Shown one piece after another: positions 1 through 57,800 of a stretch of DNA of 64,000 nucleotides; the stretch's first letter is position 1, and every line of letters begins with the position of its first letter. Both the position numbers and the translations under genes were made by a program. Under the pieces are notes generated by a model. It saw only the letters and a program-made list of their open reading frames with translations. It was not told the origin of the DNA and searched no databases. Origin of the DNA: Chrysomallon squamiferum (lineage: Eukaryota; Animalia; Mollusca); assembly GCA_012295275.1 (NCBI GenBank), contig CM022671.1:1612001-1676000 (forward strand), in the 5' to 3' direction.

Positions 1-10
1 ATATGACATA

Positions 11-41
<31 letters not shown>

Positions 42-518
42 ACCAGTATCTGTACATACATATATACACACATACACACACATATACTTTGACAAGCACT
101 AAAAATACAGAATAAGCTTTCTGAAAACCAGAAAACCAGAAAATATCAGAAAAACCATTCTAGTATTTCAGCCACTGTCTTTCTTTAAAATCAGTTAACA
201 AAAACAGACAACTAATTTGCCACATCTTGGTTCTAATAACATTCTTATTTCTTACATTTACTCTGTATTTACAATTTCTTTTTTCTAAAATGTTCTTTCT
301 GATTAAAATATGTTAAACAATTGTCTAAGGATTATTTTGATGAATGTATGAATGAATTATCGTGCTGAACTATATATATACAATTTTATTATTATTACTA
401 ACACTACTACTACTATTTCTTAAATTAATTCAAAATTTTAAAATTTTTAAATAAATTAAATCCTAAATTATCTATAGAGAACAAATGTTTAAAAAAAAAT
501 AAAATAAAAAATATAAAA

Positions 519-549
<31 letters not shown>

Positions 550-609
550 AATTTTAAAAAGAGGAACATGTCAATATATTCACTGACGAATTTTTCCGTT
601 ACACTGTAC

Positions 610-2657
610 CTCCAGTATTTTTGGTGATCCCTGTCGACCGAGAGTTCCAAACACAATTCCAATCCTGCTGGCCTGTGACGCGATTCTAATAGCAGACTGA
701 CGAACTTCGTGCATTTTTTTAATGTCATAGTACTCACGTGAGAAATCTTTACTGTACGGATCATATCTGAACAAAAACAAAAATAAAACTATTAAGAATA
801 TGTTAAGATATGGATCAAATGTGAAACAAAAGATTTTCATTATTCTATGGATCATATATGAAATTAATGACCAACCTGTAAGCTGGAATGGTTGGATTGT
901 GAATCATTATAGATTCTAAGTGAAATCTCCCATCTCCGAGATATCTGAAAATATCAACTACAAGATAAGTAAAACATGAACATTTTAAAATAAAAATGAT
1001 ATTTTTAGATTAGGCGCAAAAGATAGTGTCCTGTCAAATACATTTTTTGTCTCCTTTGCAACTGTTTTGAGAATTTTGTCAAGCTATTACTGTGTTCTAA
1101 ATAAAGACACATTCTGACAGAAATGCATTCAGAACACACCACATGTAAATGATTAAACTACAATCTGCAGAATAAGTAACATAAATTATTGCTTTTCTTT
1201 CTATTATAATTACATTTTTATTGAAACAAGGAATGAACTTAACTAAATTTCATTTCTAAAAACACAAACATAAAACAATATTTACATGATTGCATCTGTG
1301 TTATGAAGTCTGGGAGAGGTACACCCGAGAATCTCACCAGGAGAGAGAGGTTTTGACTGTGGGATGTTCACTGTGAAGTCTTTACTGAGAACACTGCTAG
1401 CTGACTGAAATTAGATCAGTTATATAAATATATACCAGCTTAAGAAACCTGAAATACTTTTATACAACATTTATACATCTGTTACAACATAATAACCAAA
1501 AAATGAAACTCTCACTGCAACATTAAGGGATATTCAAAAAAACTATTAGTTTACCTGTAACTAACTGCTTGATGAGTGACAACTACATTTCTGAGCAAAG
1601 GGCTGTTCCTAATGATTAAACTGAATGGTCAATAAACTACAGCCATGTTTGAAAGTAAAATGATATTGCTAATGACTACATAGCTGACAAGTGACAACTG
1701 TGTTTCAGAACAATAAAGTCTTTCCTAAAGGCTAAAGAGCTGAGTTACCTGAAAACTGTGTTTCAGAACAATAAAGTCTTTCCTAAAGGCTAAAGAGCTG
1801 AGTTACCTGAAAACTGTGTTTCAGAACAATAAAGTCTTTCCTAAAGGCTAAAGAGCTGAGTTACCTGAAAACTGTGTTTCAGAACAATAAAGTCTTTCCT
1901 AATGGCTAAAGAGCCAAGTTACCTGAAGGGCTGTGACAAACTGAATGGTGCTGACGAATGCCAGAGAAGACCCAGGTGTGAAGTTAAACTGAACAGTCTC
2001 TATGAAATGTGCTGTGTCAACCTGGATATCCACAAACACATACAGCATCTTGATTCCTTCCGTTCTGTCTATAGGAACTGAAAATATTAATTAAATTAAT
2101 AAATCTGAGTAATTTTCTTCATTATTAATTAAAGTGATACGGTTTAAAATTAATTTTGTCAACAAATTGTATTAGTGTTTTATCCTTTAACATTAATTTA
2201 CTTAGGAAATTAGTTTGATATGATTTAAAATTAATTAAATAAATTATGGTAAAGCAATATATTTTACTATTAATGAAGCTAGGGTTATATATTTCTGTAT
2301 GTGTGTGTGTCTGTGTGTGTTTGAATTTTTGTTTATTCGATAACTTTTTTCTTTTTTTTTCACAGTCAATGTACAGTGTTCACAGGTTTGATTTTTGTCT
2401 TGATTTAAAAATAACCAGAGTCCAAACAGTTAATTCATTTATCAGCAGACGTATAATGATGAATAACTGGTTACCAAGACAACTGTGTCCATAATGTACA
2501 AGAAGATCAGCATTGAGTGCCCGAGCTGAAAAATCATCAACACAACAAGCTCCGTAAGTGACGTCACCCATAATTAGTGTATCTGCTTCAGTGAACCTGT
2601 ATATAAGTAAGTAAATAAATACATAAACACACACACACATATATTTAGATATATAGC

Positions 2658-2693
<36 letters not shown>

Positions 2694-3975
2694 CTTTTAA
2701 AGTTGATTGCTGGCATTCATATATGTTTGCTGATTTCTAAATTCTACTCTTTTTTTTACTTTCTTTATTTTCTAATTTCACACTCACAGAAATTAAGAAC
2801 ATTAACTGACACTGCCTTTCTATTATTGTTAAAATAATCACTGAAGTTAATAATATTCATATATCATATTGTTTGGTGATTTCAACAATTTTTTGGTTTT
2901 GTTTTAAATTTCACACCATGTTTGTTTTTAGAAAATTAACTGACCTTGACTTTCTAGTTTCTTTTATTTTTAAAATAATCACATAAGTTAATGTTAAAAA
3001 AAAAAAAAAACCTTCCAAGTTGATGTAATTATAATGTGCTAAACAATGTAGCATCAATCAATGTAAGTATTTCATGTATCCTTTACTGCATAGGGTGATA
3101 AACTAATTTTATTTGCTTTCACATTTCAAGAGAGTCGAATATGTATTAGAATCATGTAAGTCTCACTTTTCGATGATGTCTGCTATGGTACAAGCAAACA
3201 GTAAAAGTCCCTCGGGAAACTGCAAAGCCACTCGCTTGCATTTCAACATACGAATTCGCCATATTGTTTTGTGAATCTCAAAATTATAGTTATCTGGAAG
3301 CTAGCAAAACAAACAAAGAAAATATGTAAACAAACATGTAGGCAATTTCATATAAATAAATGAATGAATGAATGAACAAATAAATAAATAAATAAAGTAA
3401 TGAATAAATAAATAAAAATTTAAAAGCATTCTCACAGTTACAAAATTAAGCAAAATAAAAATACACAGTTGTATTTTAATTCCTGACTAACATTCCCAAA
3501 TTACTGAAGTGCTAGATTAAAGAATGCTGCAGCCATATAACATGCAAAACTCATTTCTACCTTCTGTATATTTTTATTGTATATATTCAGATATTGTTAA
3601 TAAAATGTGTCAGTATTATACTATATTTTTTGTTGTTGTTTTCTTTGAGTGATATGAAAAAAGAAATGTTAGAAATAAATGTTTTTCTTTATCAAAAAAC
3701 ATTTGCTATTTTCAGATTAAATTTAAGTTAAACACTTAACAGTTTATAGTACATATGTCAATGTCAGATCCATTTTATTAACAAGTTAACACCACCAGTC
3801 TTCCTATTTTTATCTGCTAACAATATGTAATTATATCCTAATGGTATAAACTGAAACGGAAATTGTATTCAGATTTAATTCCTATTCTCAGGTTACCACC
3901 ATATATTCCAAAATCCAAAACACTTCTGTTCCCAAGCATTTTGGATCAAGAATTTTCAACCTGTGATAATAATAA

Positions 3976-4006
<31 letters not shown>

Positions 4007-4730
4007 AAGATGATGATAATGATGACAACTGACAGAGAACTAATAACATATAATAAAAAGACTAAAAACTGTAACAGATAAAATAATAAAATCTGAGAAT
4101 GTTACCTGCTTTATGGCATCACATATATTTACATCATGGAGAATTTCATCTGGTATTTGATGAGCAATCTGTCTCGGTCCTGTAATATGATGATTATTAA
4201 TATTCACTTTCAAAAACACATCACTTAACTGTCTTAATCTAAAATAAGCCAAGTATTATTATATAAATTAAGATATTTTATTTAATAATATTAATAATGA
4301 TAGTTTGATAGAGGAAACCTCAACCTTCAATTCCTTAGTTATTCTTGTTAATTAATTAATTTAATACTAATAGTAATACTAATAAAGTAATAGCATTATG
4401 TGATCCCTCAGCTATCACTGTATTTTATATCTGAATTCTTTCTTCTTTTTACTTTTTCCATCCAAAAGATTATGGCTATCATACGAATTTTGTAAATCAC
4501 TTTAGTCAAGTTTAGAATCAGAATGGCTGATCATCGACAATCTAAGAATCTTAAATTTACACATACTTTCTTGATTAAAATTGTTTTAACAAATTGTCCA
4601 AATGTGCCTGGTACATACCTTTAGTAGCAGATGAAAACACTTTCCTCGAACCTGACGCAGTAATAACAACTGGGTCGACCTTTCCTTTTCTCTTGGAAAT
4701 ATCTTCATCCATGTCAATGGGCGCAGACAT
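610..4730 (-). CDS. DPH1: Diphthamide biosynthesis protein 1 (2-(3-amino-3-carboxypropyl)histidine synthase subunit 1), exons 1-8; 3' end lies left of the window
   Basis: GT-AG exons with matching phases: 4730-4619, 4179-4106, 3300-3167, 2596-2475, 2077-1923, 1404-1286, 944-876, 766-610. Translation has DPH1 motifs [81 protein letters not shown] and GTLGRQGSP. Confidence 0.96.
1690..1927. repeat. ~55-bp tandem repeat (about 4 copies) at the DPH1 exon 5 donor
   Basis: Unit GAGCTGAGTTACCTGAAAACTGTGTTTCAGAACAATAAAGTCTTTCCTAAAGGCTAAA; each copy contains TTCAG|GTAACT on the minus strand. Confidence 0.9.
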
Positions 4731-6158
4731 TGTTGTTCTTCCGTTAATTCTTCCTATCAAACCGTGCTTCACAAACATTTTTTTTTTTTTTTTTTTTTTT
4801 TTTTTGATCATTTCGTGGTACAAATTATTTCAGTTAACTAATTAAGTTTTTTTTTTTTTTTTTTTATTACTTTCTGTAGGGTTAAGATCATTTTATTTAT
4901 CAGTGCACTGAAAGCATTTTTCCACAGTTAAAGTAACTACTAACTTCACAGAAAACGAGGAGAAACCATATATCTCTGTAATTTATATTAATTTTCTCAT
5001 TTCCTGTTAGGCAGCGTACACAGTTCTCACACACAAGCACAAGCATGCACACACATATGTATATGCACAATCATACTACACACACACTAATTAATATATA
5101 ATCTATATCGTTAATATGTACACTATTTATATCTTATGACGAGGCTCTGTTAAAATAGTATAGTTTAAATAAAATTAATGGTTTAGATTCATCGATCCCG
5201 TATACTTCCAAATTACAGCTTAACAAACTATATTTGTTTGAAATACCATAACTATACTTAATTTAATTTTATTCTTGTTATGGCAACATAGCTTTATAAG
5301 GTATGGATAGAAAATGAACAACGCAAATTTTGCATTAAAACCATTAGCGATGAATATCAAAGTAATAACCAAAATAATATTTAAGAGTGTTTTTAAAGTG
5401 TACATTTGGTGGCTTAGACAAATGGTTAAATAAAATTACTTATAATTCGAAGTAATTATTTTAAAATATGGCTGTCACATTTTATAGCCGCCATTTCGTC
5501 CGAAATTACTAGAAGAAACGTTAGAGAAAAATGTATATGCACTGTACGCTTCTACAAATATGAACGTGCTAATATATATATATATATATATTAATTAAAA
5601 GTGGACAGAGAAAAAGAGATAAAACAAACATATAATTAAACTGTTTTTTAAAATGTAGCCCTAAGTTGATTAACAAAAAACTGAAATTTAAACCACAGAT
5701 CACACGACACAATTAATCAGAAAATAATATAATCCTGTGCTGTTGTTCCGATAATACATAACACATATCATTGTTACTTAGTTAATTATGTGTTTCATTA
5801 ATCAATTGTTTTTGCTGCTGTTTGAAAATTATCCACTGAATTAGGCACAAATATTTATCTGCAAAAATACCATTGTCAGATACAGAACATCTTTTTTGCT
5901 TCTTCTTATTATTATTGTTTTTAATTTTTATTATTATTATAATTTACTATTTTTTATATTTTTTAATTATTATTTTTTGTGTTGTTTTTTTCCGCCTCCT
6001 TTTCTTTTTGTTTTTGCTGTTGCTGTTGCTCTTCATCTTGTGGCGTACGTACGTCATCTGTTAAGTCCGGTAACTCTTTCGTTAAACAAATGGAGCTTCC
6101 GGATCCGACAGAAAGCTGCTGTTTCCTTATTCTGTTTCTTTGTAATCAAAGGTTTGTC

Positions 6159-21338
<15,180 letters not shown>

Positions 21339-21409
21339 GGTATTTATATTTCTTGTATTGAGAAAGCCTTACTGGAAAACAGTAAATAATTCATTAATTT
21401 TTTCATTAA

Positions 21410-21576
<167 letters not shown>

Positions 21577-21891
21577 AACTATTTTAAAATGAAGTCTTGA
21601 CAAAATCTTTCTACATGACGTATTAAGTATCCTCCATTTTGGGGGCCAGAATAACAAAGAGGTTTGGTTAATAACCACAAATCTTTTGCAATGTGTTTTT
21701 TCCATGACAGATCGTCATAAATTTCTAAAATTTTAATCACAGCATCTCAGTTTTGGATTAAAATTCTGAAGAAATTTGGACTAAAGTCACTAAGCTTCAT
21801 TAGTTTCATATTAGATCCGTATTTATTGTTTAATAAGTTGAATAATTATTTTAAGCGAATCGGTTGTTCCCAATCCATGAACAAAAATTAC

Positions 21892-22424
21892 CCCTCAGGA
21901 ACGGTAACTCTGTATGTTCGTCTGAAGAATGAAATGAAAATAACAGAAAACAAACAAAGAAACAAAAAAATTACCTGATCAAGAATAACAACTGTTACTC
22001 AGGAATTATTACACGTCATATATTCAGACTAGATATTTGTCAGCGTCGAAAAGCAATATATTTGTTACTTTTTTTTAAGAATATTCTTAATTTTTTATTA
22101 GTATAAAATACATCCTTGATAATTATTATGATTACTTTGTTGTGGTTGATTATTTTTGTTGTTGTTGTTGTTTTCAGTTGTAGTTTTCGCTCTTTCCTTC
22201 ATTCAGGTGTTTCAGCGTTTTTTTTTGTTGTTTTTTAATTATTCAAAATATTAATGTACTGCAGGATATCCAAGGTTTCATTTTCGAAAAACAAACCATC
22301 CAAATTTATTATAGGTCTCACGTGTCCCTAGCGTGACCAAGTAACTTACGTTCCTTTGTCCTCCGACACGTTTACAATGAAAGCGACGCCCGTGTTTTCA
22401 TAGCATGCATGAATACAAATTACC
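21892..22424 (-). other. Probable 5'-UTR exons of the multi-TSP1 gene
   Basis: 30-nt AG/GT-bounded mini-exon 21921-21892 ending CGTTCCTGAGGG|GTAATT; further donors CAG|GTAATT near 21975 and 22424. The 12-mer recurs upstream of the paralogue (60523-60534). Confidence 0.45.
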
Positions 22425-22479
22425 TGATACCCTGCGTGCACATCAGGAAAAAGCTATTACAGTTTGCAAAACAGCGGTG

Positions 22480-22640
22480 TTGCCTATTTCTATTTGACGT
22501 CAAAAGTGTCCGCCTAGGTGACGTAATACTAGCATGGACCAATGATTTTTTAAAAATAAAAACAGTAAACTCATTGCTTGCATACATTAACAGGACATGT
22601 TTTAAAAGCTGAATGTTTTTGGTTTTAACGAAAAAGAGTG
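22480..22640 (-). promoter_or_regulatory. Putative promoter of the multi-TSP1 gene with CRE and near-CRE sites
   Basis: TGACGTCA at 22495-22502 and TGACGTA at 22519-22525; 22533-22635 aligns by eye with 63685-63785 upstream of the paralogue. Confidence 0.5.
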
Positions 22641-23947
22641 AAAATTTAATTTTTAACCTATTTTTTTATACGGCCGGTTGACGGACCTTTAATTTTTTTT
22701 GTTTTAATTTTCTGGTGTAAAACTGCATCAAGCGTTGTCATGAATGTATCAAAGCAATCATTCAAATAACACATAATCAATTTGCTTTTTACATATAAAC
22801 ACAACCTCTAATGCATTGAAAATAGAAATAAATTTTATATAAAATTTAAAAAAAAAAAAACAAAAAAACAAACAAAAAAAAACCCCCCAATTATAATGTA
22901 TACGGGGCATTGATTAAATGACATCTTTCCCCAGAATACTTTAATATCAACGCAGAATTGATTGAATTATGAATGAATGACTATATGTTTAAATGTTTGT
23001 AAACACTGACCGGCGTTCGACGCAGCCATCTTCGATTTCGATCGTAAGTTTCCGTGAGCGCTCGGAAACCATCTGATCGGGGTTTTAAACTTCCAAATTA
23101 AACTATTTTACGTCCATTTTTCGGAACTTTTTATGATTTACACTGATAAAGGTAAGGATGGTTCTTCATATTACCAAACCATGATGTCACGCGCCTTCCA
23201 TAACTAGTTTTTCAACTTAATCAAACTTTTCAAACTGGATTATTTTTGTGCAAAAGCGTGCATAATAAACTGAAATTATAATTCGGTAAAAGATTAATGA
23301 ATTAACTTTTGTCAATGTTCCCTGTGTCAGAACCCAGCAGAAAAGAACATTTATGGATTGTTTGTACCCATCAAATCGGCGAAATTTCTGGAAGCATTGT
23401 TTTCCGTGACATAATTTGTGCCGTTACGAGTTATCGTTCCTAGAATGCTACTAGTATTATTTTTTATTATTATTATAATCCTTTTTTTTCTTTCTTTCTT
23501 TCTTTCTTTTTTTTTTTTTTTTTCTAACCGCGACAATTCATTTATAACGCAGACATCTGAGACTGAATTCAGTGTACTGTTATCTGTGATCTGCTTTGAA
23601 AGAGGTCTAATCGCAAGGTATCTATGTACAGTATACTTCTCAAATTATTTACTTGCTTGATCGTTTTGATTCTGTTTATTTTATTTTATTTATATGTTTA
23701 TTTATTTATTATCTATTGAAGTTTAGTTTAAATACAGTTACCGTTTTAATATATTTACATATTAATTCTATTTCATTTACAGTCTATTTATTTATTTACT
23801 GTATGTATGTGTTTTTTGTTTTATTTATTAATTTATTATTTTATTATTATTATTATTGTTATTATTGTTATTATTATTATTTACTTAGTTTTGTATTATT
23901 ATTATTATTATTATAATTAGTATTATTATTATTATTATTATTATTAT

Positions 23948-23982
<35 letters not shown>

Positions 23983-24243
23983 ATAGTAGTAGTAGTAGTA
24001 TTCAGGAGTTTTTTACATAATGGATCTTCTTTCTTGAAGTAAAAAAGCTGCAGTGTATTACCACAGAATGACTTAACTCTTTTCCAGGAGTATACTATGT
24101 TAACTTAGAATATCCATAGATCGGAAGATTTCTCGGAAATGCTCTCGGATAATGCACAATGCAGATAATATACACAGGTTTACGCTTTACCTGCTCAGAC
24201 GACTGTGACCAAGCAGTCGCCACAGTTGAGACAATTTATCACC

Positions 24244-31752
<7,509 letters not shown>

Positions 31753-32721
31753 GCAATTTCCTGACGAGGTTTGAAGTGACGACATTTAATATGTAAACGA
31801 GATTAGACAAGCAAAACCTTGTTCTTACGCTGGATTCGTTCGTTTCACTAACCCAACAGTCTACTAGAAGGAGCATTTTAGAAAACATGTTACCAGAGAA
31901 CATCTTGCTTGTGTACCACGTCGTATCAGTACTGTGTTTTAAATTAATACAAGATGACATTTTTTTTTCTTCCATTAGTATTATAATACAGATGTATGTT
32001 ACGAGGTACGAACAAGCAAACTATATTTTGTTTGATGTTTTGAATTTACGTGATAATTAAGTTGATTTGTACCCGGTGTTTAGAAAAAGGTGTTTAGCAG
32101 ACTGTTTCCTACTTAGAGAACAAATGAATCATTCTGACACTCTGGGGCTTTCCTAACATAGCAATACTTCATTTCGTCTAATAGCTGTTTTTATTTTTAT
32201 CATCATCATCATCATCATTATTATATTATTATTACTACTACTACTACTACCACTGCTATTATTTTTGTTTGACTGGTGACGTTGTAATTTATTATTTCAA
32301 ACTGCTAATATAGCGACAAAACAAAGCCAAATACAAAGTGAACAACGAAACGAAATACATGGGTTTAATCTGTATTATAATTTATTTTCAATTCGTTTCA
32401 TACACTGATTAATAATAATAATAAAAAGAAGAAGAAGAAGTAGAATAGGAATAATAATAATATAAATCATGTTTAATGTATCATTATGTTTATATATAAC
32501 GGATGTATATCTTTGTAACTATCTTTTTTAGTAATAAAAAATATTTTTTTATGGTCATCTTGATCAGAAATATATGAGAGTTTCTAAATGTAAATAAGTG
32601 TGCTGTAAAGCTGACAGCTTCATTTCATTCTACTGTTTACAGTTGTCTTTAGATGCTTCGATAATTTCTCCAGACATCATCTAATTTCTCACATTTCACA
32701 GTCATCGCTGAACATACCCGA

Positions 32722-52832
<20,111 letters not shown>

Positions 52833-54899
52833 ATTACTTACACTGGACTGCTGAAATCAATCGTAATTATTAAACAGCGTGAACAAAACGTAAATCAGAC
52901 ATTTTGTTCTCAGATCAAATAGCGAAGAGCGTCCTTAACAACGAATAACAGGCGTTTTACTTCCTGGTTTTATCTCACTGATTAAACAGGTACAAATTCA
53001 GGTCGACTGAGTATGCGTGTGTTAACAATTAGGTATAATACTTACAGTAAAGGTAAACTGGTATGCTGATCGAAAACAAAGCAATAAGCGGTGTTATGTT
53101 ATCTTTTATTCCCGTACGTTTTATTAAAGTCGTGTTTGTACTTGAAGTAAAACTGACCTACACACTCGCATTAACGTTTGTTTTTTCACTTCACTGTATT
53201 CGGAAAGTTTCTGGTTGTTCAGTTTGCCTTCGTTGTGTTAACAAATTAGCAAAGCGAGTTTAGCAAATAACTGTTCATGGTGTTTATTAAATAGCATGGA
53301 TTACAAATTATAAATTATACATCTTGCAGGGTTTAGGTGTTTGTGTGTGTGTGTGTGTGTGTCTGTTCTATATAGGCACAGAGATCTAGTTTTTGTTTTT
53401 GCGTTTTCACTTTTTACTTTTACCTTATTGTTTTATTGTCTGGTTGTTTGTTGTTGTTTTTTTGTTTGCTTTTTTTATTTTTTATTTACTTTTGAAATTA
53501 TTTTTTATTTTATTTTATTTTATTTTATTTTAATTTTTTTCTTCTTTTCACAAACCTAATATTTAAAGAAATGACAAATACGTACAAACAGACAGATTCT
53601 ATTTAATGATGCCACTTTGATGTAAAATGGCCTTGAGATATAAATAAATAAATAAATAAATAAATAAACGTTTAATAATTATATAAGGTATTTTATACTC
53701 TGTTTTGTTCAAGAATATGAGGAAACTGGTGACACAGATAATGAACATGCTGTTTTTGTTGTTGTTATTATTATTATTATTATTATTATTGAATTATAAC
53801 TGTGGTTATTGTCATCAACATTATCATTATTATTATCTTCATCATGATCATCGTCATTATCATCATACTCATTATCGGTATTATTGTTGTTGCTGTTATC
53901 ATCATCAGCATTATTACTTCCTCAGTTCTTGACATTAAATATCTATACTGTGCAAATTGTAAAGAATATATACACACATGAACAAATTAGTTTGAAAAAA
54001 TACAAATATTAATAAAGATAAAACTGTAAAATAACATTAGACGATACCAAAGATTCAAGAATCAAATACTTTATTTAATACATATTCATCTAATAATTAT
54101 TTAATACATTAAAATATCAACTGTTACCAAATATTAAGAAAACAGCTTAATTACAAATTTGAAAGTCACAATTATTGCAATAATACGTACAGTCACATAC
54201 ATGCGCACGCGTTCACATACATACACATAATAAATAAATGATTCAATGAATAAATCACTAAACATTTCAAATATCTACAGTATTATGCTTTCTTGTTTAT
54301 TCATTAAATGTTTCACATTAAATTGTAGTCATTTTTGTTGTTTTCAGAGTCATTTAAATAAATATTAAAAAAATTATATACAAATATTATTTCACATAGG
54401 TGTGCATATATACATACACAAACATAGATTGTCATTATCATTATTATTGTTGTTGTTAGTGTAGTTGTTGTTATTGTTGTTGTCATCAGTATACAGGCAG
54501 GAGTTTTCGATTATCTGCAAGAAAAGCCCACATCTTAACTTTAAAAAATTCAAGTACGAAACAAGACTAAAAAAAAAAAAACAATGAATGAATTCATGAA
54601 TTGGAAAAGTAAAATAAAAAGCGAATAATATCTTCTGAAAGTACAAGTATTCTAATTTCCACGATCAGTGTTTGTGTTTTTCGATTTTTTTCTCTATCTT
54701 TTTTTTTTTTAAATTTAGCGGAAACATAAATTAAAAAAAAAAAAAAAACCCACAGAAGTTATAATAACAACAACAATAACAATAACAACTACAACAACAA
54801 ATAATAACAGTAATAATCACAATATGTTAAATATTCTTATTGAAATAAATAAATAAATAAAAAATCAACAAAACAGCGACGTAATAACGTTTTCAAAGT

Positions 54900-57800
54900 C
54901 TACTGGATTGATGAATTCGCGTCCTTCAAGTTTATTTCCGTCACTGAGCTGATGGACGGAATGGTACTTATATGTTCCGGATCTCCGGCATCTGTTTCAA
55001 ACGCGGGGTTCTCTATTCCCTTTAAACGAGGCTCTTCAATTTTCTTACTGTGTTCGGGTTTCATCTGTACTATCCCAGAAGAAGACCTTCTCATCAGTTT
55101 GTGCAGAGCTAATCCAGAAGAACTAAACACAGAGCCAAGTTGACCCAAACGGCTTACAGTTAAAAGGCGTTTGCCTTTTTGATGAGGCCTAACTAATCTC
55201 TTTTCGTCTTCCTTTCTTCCATAATAAAAATAAAAAAACACAAAAGAAATTGAAAAAAAGGTTTTTTAAAATTCGTTCAGTTTGCAATTTCTGTAAGGTG
55301 TGTTTGTTTGTTGTCTGTGAATATGTATTTATGCGTTTGTGTATTTGTTTATGTTTGTCAATGTGTGACGGAACAAAGCAAACACACAAAAACAGACTTA
55401 CAACAGACATAAATATACATGTATATGTAGAAAGCGTGCAGTCGCACAAACATGCACGCATGTACGCACATATTTGTGTTTGTGTGAAGGCAGACATATC
55501 TATTGATAAATACATGAATATCTTCACGCATGCACACACAGAATAATACATGTAACTGAAATCTTACTTCGGAACCACTAGCCATACCGCGCACAGAATG
55601 ACCAAAATAGTAACTCCAGATGTCAGCGACAGAATAATTATAAGAGTCAAATGTCCTGAAATGCCGATAATACAAATATATATACAGTCATGAATTATAT
55701 ACAATTCTGTATAAACACAGTACAACTATATTGGATCATGAACACAGCAGAACAATATTTAATCACGAACACAATACAAGTATATTTATTCATGAACACA
55801 GAAAACTATATTTAATCATGAACACAGCAAAACAATATTTAATCACGAACACAATACAAGTATATTTATTTATGAACAGAGTACAAATATATTTATTCAT
55901 GAACACAGACAACTATATTTATTCATGAACACAGTAGAACAATATTTAATTACGAACACAATACAAGTATAGTTATTCATGAACACAGTACAACTTTATT
56001 TAATCACGATTACCGTGCAAGTACATTTATTCATGAACACAGACAACTATATTTAATCATGAACACAGCACAACTGTATTTAATCATGAACTACGTTCAA
56101 ATATTTTATTATTGTTTCTAAATCTACCGGAAATTTTCCTGACTGAACTAAAACTATTCCTGTTGAATATGTCCGAAGAATGAAGGGACAGAACTCTTAT
56201 CTGAATTAACAAGTTTTCAATGGAGAAGAGCCAAAGATACATCGCGTGTACAGGACAGATAATAACAATATATTATTTATTTATGTATTTATTTGTTTAT
56301 TTGTTTGTTTGTTTGTTTTCTTTACCAACTTACTGTCATAGTTACAAAACTTCTTTTCTTATTTAACTATTTGTTCATTTGTTTATTTACTTACTTAGTT
56401 ACACAGTTAGTCTTACTTTCTTACGTATGTACTGATTTAATTTTTCATTTACTTGATTTTATTTCATTTAAGTTTTTAACTAAGACAAGCATGCATTGTT
56501 AGCAGGAAATGAAAAACGGAATGTCCTTTGTTGAAATAAATAGAAATGATTTAAAAGAAAAAAAAAAAAAAAAATAAAACTGCTATAATCGTCACCGACC
56601 TGAATAGAAAATCAGAAATGAGTGATATGACAATTTTCATACCTCTGTTTTCATTCTCAATATCGTTTTGTTTCTTTCTGATTGTGTCATTCGTTCGCAA
56701 ATGGCCTGGAAATTTTAAAAATAATTATATTATTTCCAAAATACTGATAAAAACCAAAACAGTAGTCGCAGTAACAAATGCAAAAACAATAACAACAGCG
56801 ATAATAATAACGACAATAAATAAATAAATAAATAAATAATAATAATAATATCTCAACGAAAACAAAATCCAGCTCGTTGATAATAAAAGACAGGTCTAAT
56901 TAATTGATAATAAAAGATAGATCTAGCTGGTTGATAGCAAGAGACAGATCTAGCTGGTTGATAGTAAGAGACATATCTAGCTGGTTGATAGTAAGAGACA
57001 GATCTAGCTGGTTGATAGTAATAGACAGATCTAGCTGGTTGATAGCAAGAGACAGATCTAGCTGGTTGATAGTAAAAGACAGATCTAGCTGGTTGATAGT
57101 AAACATACAGATCTAGCTGGTTGATAGTAAAATATAGATCTAGCTGGTTGATAGTAAGAGACAGATCTAGCTGGTTGATAGTAAAAGACAGATCTAGCTG
57201 GTTGATAGTAAAAGACAGATCTAGCTGGTTGATAGTAAAAGACAGATCTAGCTGGTTGATAGTAAAATACAGACAGATAGTAAAAGATAGATCTAGCTAG
57301 TTGATAATAAAAGACAGATCTAGCTGGTTGATATTAAAAGACAGATCTAGCTGGTTGATAGTAAAAGACAGATCTAGCTGGTTGATAGTAAAAGACAGAT
57401 CTAGCTGGTTTATAGTAAGAGACAGATCTAGCTGGTTGATAGCAAGAGACAGATCTAGCTGGTTGATAGCAAGAGACAGATCTAGCTGGTTGATAGTAAG
57501 AGACAGATCTAGCTGGTTGATAGTAAAAGACAGATCTAGCTAGTTGATAGTAAGAGACAGATCTAGCTGGTTGATAGTAAAAGACAGATCTAGCTGGTTG
57601 ATAGTAAAAGACAGATCTAGCTGGTTGATAATAAAAGACAGATCTAGCTGATTGATAATAAAAGACAGATCTAGCTGGTTGATAGTAAACATACAGATCT
57701 AGCTGGTTGATAGTAAGAGACAGATCTAGCTGGTTGATAGTAAAAGACAGATCTAGCTGGTTGATAGTAAAAGACAGATCTAGCAGGTTGATAGTAAAAG

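Noticed and set aside
56128-56200. Extra AG/GT-bounded exon in the single-TSP1 gene
   Set aside because: In the required phase it hits TAG after ~15 codons; the model is complete without it.
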